Shown here piece after piece: positions 51,335 to 60,793 of a stretch of DNA of 64,000 nucleotides (the first letter of the stretch is position 1; every line of letters starts with the position of its first letter). The DNA comes from a bacterium (GTDB taxonomy: Bacteria; Zhuqueibacterota; Zhuqueibacteria; Oceanimicrobiales; Oceanimicrobiaceae). The notes under the pieces were generated by a model. It ran no database searches. It worked only from the letters and a program-made list of their open reading frames with translations, and had not been told where the DNA came from. A program made the position numbers and the translations under genes. The stretch is from NCBI GenBank assembly GCA_046757025.1, contig JBHHXN010000011.1:1-64000 (forward strand). The letters are read 5' to 3'.

Positions 51335-51729
51335 CGGTGTTATCTCCTTATCTTCTGGTGTCCGGAGGCGTTGAATACACGCATGCTTGAATAAGATAAC
51401 CATTCTATTCATTCTATTCTGGCACGCGGGCGCAGTGATTTCACGTTCTCGATTGGACGTAATTCTATGTTTCGTAAATTGCCACAACGACTTTCTTCTC
51501 AAAAATATAAGAACAAAAATCGTTTTTTAATTATTCGGGAATTTTAACAGCCTAAAATGGTTTTCTAAATTAGATGTGCATTAAAATATGAAAATGATTC
51601 TTCGAGATGGCGGCATTCCTATTCACCAATACCTGAAGGATAAGATTTTTGCGTACAACTTTGTTAAAATATATCGGGTAGTTGTAAAAAAAATTAACTT
51701 GACTAACTGTTATATTTTGTTAAATTGAA

Positions 51730-51862
51730 GAAAGCCTGGCGGCAGTCGATAGAGAGTTAAAGATCAACCAAAAACGTGTTTCTTCGAACCAAAGCACCCC
51801 CTTATTCTTCGGGTTCGAGGATAAAAGCGGCCGTGGAGTTAGTCGATTTGCCATTCTCAGAA
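51730..51862 (+). ncRNA. candidate 6S-like RNA
   Basis: Closing stem GGCAGTCGA/TCGATTTGCC plus CTG/CAG; A-rich bubble; inner stem CTTCGAACC/GGTTCGAGG; TTGACT at 51699 upstream. Confidence 0.45.
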
Positions 51863-52149
51863 ACGTAGCACAATGTATGGCGAAGGTGCTGCTGAGTTTC
51901 TATTAAACCGAGAGTTTGTATGAATTCAACAATAAGTGGGGAATATTTTATGGTTCTGCATGTAAAATCTACGGTCGTGATTTCGAAAAATTGCCAAAAT
52001 TCCGCCATTTGTTTTGATGCGCGGCAAGTGAACTTTTACGCCAATAATGAAATATAATAAAAAGCATGGGCATATGGAAGCCCTGAAAGATGGCAGTGGC
52101 AGGATTTGTGTCTTTCAATACCCTTTTTGCTATTTTGCCATAGAAAAAA

Positions 52150-52422
52150 GTAACTGTTCAGCCTGTCATTCTGGAAGAATCTTTTTTGAGCCTGAGAATT
52201 ATTTAGTGATTGACCGAAAACGAGTGTCTTCATGCTGAGCGGAGTCGAAACATGACGTAAAAACAACAGCTTATCACCCTTCGACGCAGTTTATCCTGAG
52301 CTTGTCGAAGGGCTCAGGGTGAAGAAATATGGACTTTTCGGTCAATCACTATTTAGTCAAACAAATAAGAGCTAAAAACAAACAAGATCCCTACGGCATG
52401 ACAAAACAGGCTGAACAGTTAC
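52150..52422. mobile_element. MITE family D, hosting nested family A copy
   Basis: 16-bp perfect TIR GTAACTGTTCAGCCTG; flanks AGAAAAAA/ACAAAAAA (possible 8-bp TSD). Confidence 0.8.
52205..52350. mobile_element. MITE family A, copy 2
   Basis: Same 16-bp TIR as 5873-5995; TSD ATTT; 23 bp longer. Confidence 0.9.
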
Positions 52423-52678
52423 ACAAAAAATAAAAAAGTGTTTTAATTATAAGGAGATTTAAAGCACAATTATTGCATACCGATATAAACATTCCAGTTA
52501 CCTTTCACTGCTGGAATGTTCAAATTTTTCACGGATTGATTTTTCAATAGGAAGCCGCAACACTCAAAAGTATCCACAGATGTTGAATTCATTTTGTTAA
52601 CCTGCCATGAAAATCTGACAGAAGATGGGTTAAATGGATTAATCATCAATTGTAAACACCCAATTAGCGAGTTGTAAT

Positions 52679-55669
52679 ATGAAATCGTCAGAGAAATTTA
52701 TTCTGTCTTTTTGCCTTTTTCTTGTCTTAGGAAGCTATTCAAACGCGTTTAGTCAATATTACTTTGGGCGAAATAAAATTCAGTATGACGATTTCGAGTG
52801 GAAAATTTTAAAGACCGAACACTTTGATGTGTATTTTTATCCGGAAATGACCGAGCTGGCCGAGATCGGTGCCGCCTTTGCCGAAAAAGCCTATCATCGC
52901 CTGGAAGCCAAATTAAATCACAACATCAAAGGCCGAATCCCCCTCATCTTTTATTCCAATCACTCACATTTTCAGCAGACCAACACCATCCCGAGCTTCA
53001 TTCCTGAAGGCGTGGGCGGATTTTTCGAATTCATCAAAGGCCGGGTGGTCATCCCATCCGACGGATCGATTCATAAATTCAAGCACGTGATCAACCACGA
53101 ACTGGTACACGTATTTACCCGCAGCAAGATGAATCGCGTGCTCAAAGATCACCGCAAAACCACACTTGCTGGTTTGCCGCTCTGGTTTACGGAGGGAATA
53201 GCTGAATATTGGTCCGAAGGCTGGGATTCGCAAGCGGATATGATCCTGCGCGACGCCGTCCTCAGCGGGCATCTGGTGCCGTTGAGCAAAATGGATTATA
53301 TCTATGGCACATTTTTAATGTACAAAGAAGGCCAGGCTATTTGTAAATACATTGCGGAAAATTTTGGCGAGGAAAAGCTGCTGCAGTTGATCGAAAACAT
53401 CTGGAAGGAGAACTATTTTTCGGATGTTATGAAATTAACCATCGGCTTGAATTATAAGGAATTTGATGAAAAGTGGATTTATGATCTTAAAAAGAAAAAC
53501 TATCCTTTGTTAGAAGAAGGCGATTCCCCCAAAATGGTGACGAAAGTCGTCACCCGTGAAGGCATCAACACCAAACCCACCTGCTTTAAACAGGACGGGC
53601 AGGAGTGGGCGGTATTCGTGTCGAATCGTGTGGGCTACTCGAATATTTATAAGAAGCCATTGAAAAGTCAGAACGGCCAAACAGAAGTGGTTGTGAAAGG
53701 GGAACGCACTTCGGATTTTGAATCGTTCCATTTGCTCAGCAGCAAAATAAGCGTGAATCAGAAAGGCCAGCTGGCATTTGTTTCCAAAAGCGGCGCCAGC
53801 GACGTGATTCATGTTTTCGATATTGCAAATAAAACCAAAATCAAAAAGTTCAAATTTGAGGGTCTGGTTTCTCTGTCCTCGCCAAACTGGTCACCGGTCG
53901 GCGATAAAATCGTGTTTTCAGGTATCAGTTTCGCGGGCTTGAGCGACCTTTACGTGGTGGAAGCAGCCACCGGAAAATTGCAGCGCCTGACCAACGATTT
54001 TTATGATGATCGCGACCCGGCCTGGGCACCTGATGGCAAAGCCATCGCTTTTAGTTCGGACCGTTCCTACTACGGAAAACATGGCTTCATGAATTTGTTT
54101 TTGTATAATCTGGAAAACGGTAGCATTCAATATTTGACCGTGGGCAAACAAAATGATTATTCGCCGGCGTGGTCACCGGACGGCAAAAAGATCGCTTTTG
54201 CTTCGGACCGGGAAGGCGCCTTTAATATTTGGATGATTAAAAATAATCTTCAGGAGCCTGAAATATTGCCCATCTCAGAATCATTCAAAGCGGCTTTAGT
54301 ACAAGAAACCCATCCTCAAAACGTGATCTGGGGCGACGGCAAAAATGGCAGCAACGGCAGCAGCCTGTTTAATTGGGATGAACCAGAATATGATTTTCCT
54401 TCAGCCATCGAAACCGCGGATCAAATTAAAAAGATCACGAACTTCACCACGGGCGCATTCGATCCGGTTTGGCTGAATGAAGATCGAATGCTGTTCACGG
54501 CCTTTGAAAATTTTTCCTTTCAAATTCGGGAAATTGACAATCTGACTGAAAAATTTGAAGAAGCGCCGGCCACAGAAAACGATTCGCTCATGGTGAAGAG
54601 AAATAACTGGACCGCCGACAAACTGGCGGGTGAAATCGAGTCGCAGACTTTGAAATACAAAAGAAAGTTCAATCTCGATATCGCGCAGAGCGCCATTTCT
54701 CAGGACCCGATTATTGGCGTGTCCGGCGGCGCACAAATTGCCATGAGCGACATGCTGGGTAATCAACAATATTATTTCCTCATCTACAATAACGCGCAAA
54801 CGCGCGGTGAGTTCTTCAAAAGCTGGAACGTCGCGATTACCCGCGTGGAACTGTCCAAACGCATCAATTACGCCATTGGCGGATACCACATCACCGGCCG
54901 ATTCTTTGACCAGGTTGACAGTTTTTTCGATCAAAGACGGCTTGGTGGATTTGTGGCCGCGAGCTACCCGTTTTCGGTGTTCAGCCGCCTGGAGGGCAGC
55001 ATCAATCTGCGCAAAGAAAGCCGCGTGTACGATACCCGCGGGCAGACGGTGGACGGCATCGTGGTTTCCAATGCGGTCTCTTATGTCAAAGATAACTCGC
55101 TCTGGGGCTTTACCGGCCCCATCGACGGCGAGCGCTTCAAATTTACCCTCGGCCACACGGTTGATGTGCAGCACAACGACGTGAATTTTTACACCATCAT
55201 TCTGGATTATCGCAAATATTTTCGCCTGGGCCGGCGGGTTACCTATGCCACGCGCTTGATGACGCGCATCAACCAGGGCAAGGAAGCTTTTCGATATTTT
55301 ATGGGCGGCAGCTGGGACCTGCGGCTGCATCCGAGATGGCGCATTTGGGGCCGCAAGCTGTTTTTGATCAACAATGAGCTGCGCTTTCCATTTATCGATC
55401 GCTTTTTGCTGGGCTTCCCGTTTGGCGGTCTCGGATTCAATGCCATTCGCGGGGCCACCTTTCTGGATTTCGGTCAGGCCTGGGACCGCGACTATCAATT
55501 CAATGAAATCCTGGGCAGCCTGGGCTTCGGTTTGAGATTGCGCATCGGTGGTTTTCTGGTGCTGCGCTATGAAATCGGCCGCAAATTCAAAATTCGCGAT
55601 TTCAACAGCCCTAGTTTGCATTTTGAAAAAGGACTGAAAAAAGCCTTCTGGTTTGGATTCGATTTTTAA
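52679..55669 (+). CDS. peptidase MA-like + PD40 propeller + BamA/Omp85-type barrel fusion
   Basis: FGRNKIQY, HELVH, PLWFTEGIAE, WSPDG repeats, MGGSWDLR, NNELRFP, FLDFGQAW, terminal FWFGFDF. Confidence 0.87.
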   Translation: MKSSEKFILSFCLFLVLGSYSNAFSQYYFGRNKIQYDDFEWKILKTEHFDVYFYPEMTELAEIGAAFAEKAYHRLEAKLNHNIKGRIPLIFYSNHSHFQQTNTIPSFIPEGVGGFFEFIKGRVVIPSDGSIHKFKHVINHELVHVFTRSKMNRVLKDHRKTTLAGLPLWFTEGIAEYWSEGWDSQADMILRDAVLSGHLVPLSKMDYIYGTFLMYKEGQAICKYIAENFGEEKLLQLIENIWKENYFSDVMKLTIGLNYKEFDEKWIYDLKKKNYPLLEEGDSPKMVTKVVTREGINTKPTCFKQDGQEWAVFVSNRVGYSNIYKKPLKSQNGQTEVVVKGERTSDFESFHLLSSKISVNQKGQLAFVSKSGASDVIHVFDIANKTKIKKFKFEGLVSLSSPNWSPVGDKIVFSGISFAGLSDLYVVEAATGKLQRLTNDFYDDRDPAWAPDGKAIAFSSDRSYYGKHGFMNLFLYNLENGSIQYLTVGKQNDYSPAWSPDGKKIAFASDREGAFNIWMIKNNLQEPEILPISESFKAALVQETHPQNVIWGDGKNGSNGSSLFNWDEPEYDFPSAIETADQIKKITNFTTGAFDPVWLNEDRMLFTAFENFSFQIREIDNLTEKFEEAPATENDSLMVKRNNWTADKLAGEIESQTLKYKRKFNLDIAQSAISQDPIIGVSGGAQIAMSDMLGNQQYYFLIYNNAQTRGEFFKSWNVAITRVELSKRINYAIGGYHITGRFFDQVDSFFDQRRLGGFVAASYPFSVFSRLEGSINLRKESRVYDTRGQTVDGIVVSNAVSYVKDNSLWGFTGPIDGERFKFTLGHTVDVQHNDVNFYTIILDYRKYFRLGRRVTYATRLMTRINQGKEAFRYFMGGSWDLRLHPRWRIWGRKLFLINNELRFPFIDRFLLGFPFGGLGFNAIRGATFLDFGQAWDRDYQFNEILGSLGFGLRLRIGGFLVLRYEIGRKFKIRDFNSPSLHFEKGLKKAFWFGFDF

Positions 55670-55673
55670 AATT

Positions 55674-56894
55674 ATGGATGATTATTTCAACAACGATTCA
55701 GCCAGCAGCGTGACGAAACTTACCATTCTGTTGCTGGTGGTACTTTCTGCTCTCTCCTGCCGCACCATAAAAATACCGCCCGCCCTCAACAAATTGGCTA
55801 CGGATGAAAATTGGCTGCAGTACGGAGGCGCGCCGGCTCGCAGCAACTACTATGAAAAAACCATCGCACCACCGCTGAAAACGGTCTGGACTTACAAGGC
55901 GTCATCGGCGGTGAACCCGACCCTGGTGGTGGCCGATGGGGTGGTGTATTTTGGCACCATGGACGGCCGTTTTGAAGCGGTGCGCGTGGCTACGGGCGAA
56001 AAAATCGGTCGCAAAAACAGCGAGGGTCACTACGACGCCACGCTGGCGTATTATGATGGAAATCTGTTTTTAGCTTCCCGATACGGCGACAAAACCCTCG
56101 CCAAATACCATCTGGCCACGGGCAACTTTTTATGGAAGATCGATGCCGGCGATATCGCCAGCGAACCGCTTGTAACCGCCGGCGGGATTTACATTTCAGC
56201 TCTTTACAATCATATCGACAAATATGATCTAAACAGCGGTGAAAGAATCTGGACGTTCAAAACCGCTGATCAACATCGTTCCTCGCCGGCGTTGAGCAGA
56301 AACGTGCTGGTGGTGGGGTGCGATAACGGCGTCCTTTATGCCCTGGATGCGCAAACCGGAGAATTGAATTGGGAAATCAAAACCGCCGCCAGTATTTTTG
56401 CAACACCGGTGATTCAGGATGAGGTTATTTTCGTCAGCTCAGTGGACAGCAATTTTTACGCGTTGGATTTAATCGACGGCTTGGTCAAGTGGCAGTTTGA
56501 TGCGCAGACGCCGCTCTACCAGACCGCCGCCACCGACGGGAAGGTGGTTTTGTTCGGCGCCAGCGACGGCCGCTTTTACTGCCTCGATGTTGAAAGCGGT
56601 GAAAAGAAATGGCAGTTTCAGGTAAGCCACGCCATCAGCACCGCACCGGTGATCGCCGGAGACGTGGTTTATTTTGGCTCGTTGGATAAAAATTATTACT
56701 GTTTAAATTTACAAACCGGCCAGAAAATCTGGCAGCAGGAAACCCGCGGACGTATTCGCACTTCGCCGGTGATCTGGAAAAACTATGTTTTTGGCGCCTC
56801 GGAAGACAAGTTTGTTTACGCCTTCCGACAAGCTGATTCGGGCAAACGGATTAATTCTACCCGGGTGGAAAATTATTTGTACGACGATCATTAA
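55674..56894 (+). CDS. PQQ-like beta-propeller lipoprotein (BamB-like)
   Basis: Lipobox ALSC; repeated YALDxxTGxxxW units. Confidence 0.85.
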   Translation: MDDYFNNDSASSVTKLTILLLVVLSALSCRTIKIPPALNKLATDENWLQYGGAPARSNYYEKTIAPPLKTVWTYKASSAVNPTLVVADGVVYFGTMDGRFEAVRVATGEKIGRKNSEGHYDATLAYYDGNLFLASRYGDKTLAKYHLATGNFLWKIDAGDIASEPLVTAGGIYISALYNHIDKYDLNSGERIWTFKTADQHRSSPALSRNVLVVGCDNGVLYALDAQTGELNWEIKTAASIFATPVIQDEVIFVSSVDSNFYALDLIDGLVKWQFDAQTPLYQTAATDGKVVLFGASDGRFYCLDVESGEKKWQFQVSHAISTAPVIAGDVVYFGSLDKNYYCLNLQTGQKIWQQETRGRIRTSPVIWKNYVFGASEDKFVYAFRQADSGKRINSTRVENYLYDDH

Positions 56895-56919
56895 CCAGAA
56901 TTTAGGTTTTATATTAAAT

Positions 56920-57052
56920 TGTGTCTGAAAGAAAACTCGAAAAGTGCACGATTTCTAAACCTTTTCGCACAGGCGTCCCCGCCGGCTAAGCAGGAATCAC
57001 CCTCGGCCAGGAGGCCTTCGGGTAAGAGAGGGTTCGTTTTCTTTAAGATACT
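56920..57052. mobile_element. MITE family B, copy 2
   Basis: Imperfect TIR TGTGTCTGAAAGAAAA/TTTTCTTTAAGATACT; TSD AAAT; homologous to 23459-23614. Confidence 0.7.
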
Positions 57053-57082
57053 AAATAGAAGCTTCGTTGGAGTGGTTAATTT

Positions 57083-57934
57083 ATGTTAAATTTGACATCC
57101 CTTTCATTTCGAATGGTCGCGGCATGGGTGCTCGGCAGCTTGTTTTTGCAGTTGTTTCGGATGGACGCGATTGGCGCCCAGCAGGAGCCCTCTCTGAGTA
57201 TCCAGAAGCCAACCGGCTATTTAATTTTAGAGACCCGGCACGCCGGTCTGGCTGTGACCATCGACAAGAAATTTATGGGGTACACGCCCCAGAACTCAAT
57301 CGCACTCGCAGCCGGTGTGCACTCCGTCGTAGTAGAGCATCCTGATAAAACCGAATGGTTAAGCGAAGATTGGATCCGCGAAGTGAATATTATCCCTGAC
57401 GACACTTTGCGCGTGCCGGTATTGTTTAAAGTGACTTATTCCATCAATTCCGACCCTTTTGGTGCTGCGCTATTTTTTAACAACGTGTTTGTGGGAAAGA
57501 CGCCATTTTATTTGAAGCTGATGGAACAGGAAACTCGCTCAATCAAATTGAGCAAACCCGGCTACCGTGATACCACCTTGACCCTTGGAAAAAACGACCA
57601 GACCTTCTTTCGAGTGGCATTGCAGCCCGCTGAAAAAGCTGTTCAATTTTCGAAGGAATCCTTGTCGCTCGATTACCGCAAAAAAGCTAAATCCAAGGTC
57701 CTTTTATATTCTATGGTGGGACTCACCCTGGTGTCCGGGGCGTTTTCACTTTATTTCAAAGGCAAGGGAAACCATCGGTTTGATTTGTACCGAGGAACGG
57801 GCAATCCGGCGCTGATGGAACGCTACTACAACGACGCCCAAAAATTCGACCGTATTTCTGCGGTTTCATTTGGCGTGTTCCAGGTCAGCTTTGTAGCTTC
57901 TTTTTATCTGTTTCTCAAACAGGCAAACAATTGA
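57083..57934 (+). CDS. PEGA-domain protein with C-terminal hydrophobic helices
   Basis: Two PEGA repeats (IDKKFMGYTP; INSDPFGA..VGKTP..KPGYRDT); two C-terminal hydrophobic segments. Confidence 0.85.
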   Translation: MLNLTSLSFRMVAAWVLGSLFLQLFRMDAIGAQQEPSLSIQKPTGYLILETRHAGLAVTIDKKFMGYTPQNSIALAAGVHSVVVEHPDKTEWLSEDWIREVNIIPDDTLRVPVLFKVTYSINSDPFGAALFFNNVFVGKTPFYLKLMEQETRSIKLSKPGYRDTTLTLGKNDQTFFRVALQPAEKAVQFSKESLSLDYRKKAKSKVLLYSMVGLTLVSGAFSLYFKGKGNHRFDLYRGTGNPALMERYYNDAQKFDRISAVSFGVFQVSFVASFYLFLKQANN

Positions 57935-58226
57935 ATGAGACAGCAGTCCTTCCAGTCTGCCTGGCTCTTAACGACGCGATCTCTTTTCGGGCAGTTTACT
58001 CTCACGAAATCGTTTAATTCGGAGTTGTTTTTACGTCCGGCACAGACGTATGACTGAGTATAATCAATGATTTTGTATAAACACGAACTAGATTAATCAT
58101 TCGAGAACCAAAGTCATGGCGGATTTATTTGTAGTTGATTTGATGCGGATATTTTTTTATATTGTGAAGTGTCATAAGTTACGAAAAAATTGACCCTTAA
58201 AATATATCCTAATTAGAAACGGGAAA

Positions 58227-60029
58227 TTGATAGCTATGGAATGCAGAAAAATTTTGTTGATTTGGATGATGTTATTTGCCCCTGCGGTTTTTGCTGGTGA
58301 CACACCTCCTGAATGGTCCAAAGGCGCAGTGTGGTATGAAATCGTTCCCGAAAGATTCCGAAATATTTATACGCGAAACGATCCGGTTAAAGAAAACGTG
58401 GTGGGAGAGGATGTCGACGACTGGCAGATCCATCCTTGGGCTTCCGACTGGTACAAAATGCAAATCTGGGAAATGAACCGCGGGCTCACCCTACAGGAAT
58501 TGATTCCGCAGCGACGATATGGCGGCGATCTGTTCGGCGTCAGTGAAAAATTGCGCTACTTGCAAGACCTCGGTGTGGATGTGATTTGTCTCACCCCCAT
58601 TTTTGAAGCATCTTCCATTTTAAAGTACGATTTCTCCACTTTGCATCATGTGGACAATAATTTCGGTCAGGACCGCAAAGGGGATCTGGAAAAAATAGTT
58701 TCCGAAAAGGAAGACCCCGCCAACTGGACTTTGACCAAAGCCGATGAGGCGTTTCTGGATCTCATCACCCGTGCCCATGACGCCCACATGAAAATTGTCA
58801 TCGAGGTGCAATTTAATTATTGTGGGGAGGATTTCTGGGCATTCAAAGACCTGAAAGAAAAACAGCAAAATTCCGTTTACAAAGATTGGTTCGAAGTCTT
58901 CAACTGGGATGATCCCGCTACCTTGGATACCGTGGAATTTAGCTACCAGTGCTGGCAAGATGACAAATCCATGCCGCTGTTCAAAAAAAGCCATGGCATG
59001 CTGGTCGAACCCGTGAAAAAATACATCCTGGATATCACCAAACGGTGGATGGATCCAAACTCAGATGGCGTTTATACAGATGGTATCGACGGCTGGTTTG
59101 TCAGCTTCGTCAACGAGTTGGCGTCGGATTTCTGGTGGGAATGGCTAAAATATGTGAAGTCGCTCAATCCAGAAGTCATCACCGTGGCGGAGTCGCTGCA
59201 GGAAGCGCCCCACCTCCTGGGTGAAAATAAATTCGACGTGGTAACCAATTATGTCCTGGCTGAGGTGATCAAGACTTTTTTCATCAATTCTAATGATGAA
59301 ATGAATCTCACCGAATTCAGCAACGCTCTACAGAAATTACGCCAGACCTATCCTCAAAAGATCAACCAAAGCCTGCTGAACTTGCTGGACAGCCACAAAA
59401 CCGATCGCCTTTCCAGCGTCATCAAAAATAACCTCACCGCCTCCAACGGCGATTTGAGCGCGAATCCGTCGCGGAAATTGGACCCCACCAAGCCGACGGA
59501 GGAGAATGTGCGCCTGCAAAAGCTGATCGCCTTGTTCCAAATGACTTATGTGGGCGCGCCCATGTTGTATTACGGCGACGAAACCGGTATGTGGGGAACC
59601 GCCAGTCAGGACAACCTCAAACCCATGCTGTGGAAGGAATTTGTGTATGAAAAGGAGAGCTACTACGCCTTTCGTCCGGATTATGCCGGCGAAGTGAATA
59701 ACGTGTTCAATCAAGACCTCTACAGCCACTACCGGTTGTTGAATAAAATTCGCCACGAAAATCCGGCTCTGCAAACAGGTGAATATAAGGAATATTTGTT
59801 GGATGAGGGGAAAGCGCTTTTCGCTTTTCATCGCAAGTTTGACTTGAACGAGGTCATCGTGGTTTTGAATTTGCTGCCAAACAAACAGACTCTCGAATTG
59901 GATGTGCCCTGGAAACACGACACCAAAGTCAAAGATCAATTGAACGACTTAAAATACAAAGTGAAAAACGGCAAACTGAAAATGGGTTTGAAGAAGAAGT
60001 GGGGGGCCATTTTAGTAAAAGATAAATGA
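58227..60029 (+). CDS. exported GH13 (neopullulanase-like) protein, catalytic residues degenerate
   Basis: VWYEIVPERF, YGGDLFG, LGVDVICLTPIF, YVGAPMLYYGDE; region II reads DGWFVSFV, region IV reads LLDSHK. Confidence 0.88.
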   Translation: MIAMECRKILLIWMMLFAPAVFAGDTPPEWSKGAVWYEIVPERFRNIYTRNDPVKENVVGEDVDDWQIHPWASDWYKMQIWEMNRGLTLQELIPQRRYGGDLFGVSEKLRYLQDLGVDVICLTPIFEASSILKYDFSTLHHVDNNFGQDRKGDLEKIVSEKEDPANWTLTKADEAFLDLITRAHDAHMKIVIEVQFNYCGEDFWAFKDLKEKQQNSVYKDWFEVFNWDDPATLDTVEFSYQCWQDDKSMPLFKKSHGMLVEPVKKYILDITKRWMDPNSDGVYTDGIDGWFVSFVNELASDFWWEWLKYVKSLNPEVITVAESLQEAPHLLGENKFDVVTNYVLAEVIKTFFINSNDEMNLTEFSNALQKLRQTYPQKINQSLLNLLDSHKTDRLSSVIKNNLTASNGDLSANPSRKLDPTKPTEENVRLQKLIALFQMTYVGAPMLYYGDETGMWGTASQDNLKPMLWKEFVYEKESYYAFRPDYAGEVNNVFNQDLYSHYRLLNKIRHENPALQTGEYKEYLLDEGKALFAFHRKFDLNEVIVVLNLLPNKQTLELDVPWKHDTKVKDQLNDLKYKVKNGKLKMGLKKKWGAILVKDK

Positions 60030-60793
60030 TAGAGATCAACCAACTCTCCAAATCATTCGAAAACAAACAAGCGCTCAAAGAGTTAACGCTTTCGGTGGCG
60101 CCGGGCGAAATCCTGGGATTTCTCGGGCCTAACGGCGCCGGTAAAACCACCACGGTGAAAATTCTCGCCGGCATGCTGATGCCATCAACCGGCACCGCAA
60201 GGGTGGCGGGGTTTGATGTGCTCAGTCAGCCGCTGGAAGTCAAAAGGCGTATTGGTTATGTGCCTGAATCCGGTGCCCTGTTCGAGTCCTTAACCGCCTG
60301 GGAGTATCTGGAATTGGTGGCAGAGCTGCACCATCTGGACCGCCGAACCGCCCACCATCGCATGCAGGAATTTTTAAGCATTTTCGAAATCGACGATGTG
60401 AAGAATCAGCAGTTGAGCAGCTTCTCAAAAGGCATGAAACAAAAAGTTTTGATTTGCGCCGCGATTCTTCACAATCCCGAAGTGTTGTTTTTTGATGAAC
60501 CCCTGAACGGCCTGGACGCCAACACCGCCTCCATTATCAAAGAACTGCTGAAAAGGTTTGCGTCCCAGGGCAAAACCATCCTGTTTTGTTCGCATGTTCT
60601 GGAGGTGGTGGAGCGCATCTGTACCCGCCTCGCCATCATCCACAAAGGCCAGTTGGTGGTTCAGGGCACCGCAGACGAAATCACCCGGCAAACTTCGCAA
60701 CCCACTCTGGAAGAAGCTTTTAATCAGTTGACGGGCAGCCGCGACGTCGAAGCGTTTACCCAGGAATTTATTCAGGCGCTGGAAAGGGTTTGA
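60026..60793 (+). CDS. ABC transporter ATP-binding protein (exporter type)
   Basis: GPNGAGKTT, FSKGMKQK, FFDEP, SH. Confidence 0.95.
   Translation: MIEINQLSKSFENKQALKELTLSVAPGEILGFLGPNGAGKTTTVKILAGMLMPSTGTARVAGFDVLSQPLEVKRRIGYVPESGALFESLTAWEYLELVAELHHLDRRTAHHRMQEFLSIFEIDDVKNQQLSSFSKGMKQKVLICAAILHNPEVLFFDEPLNGLDANTASIIKELLKRFASQGKTILFCSHVLEVVERICTRLAIIHKGQLVVQGTADEITRQTSQPTLEEAFNQLTGSRDVEAFTQEFIQALERV

Noticed and set aside
51335..51502. N-terminal extension of the S41 ORF
   Set aside because: RBS and signal peptide fit ATG 51334
54401..55621. 406-aa antisense ORF
   Set aside because: Shadow of the Omp85 fusion gene; no recognisable motifs
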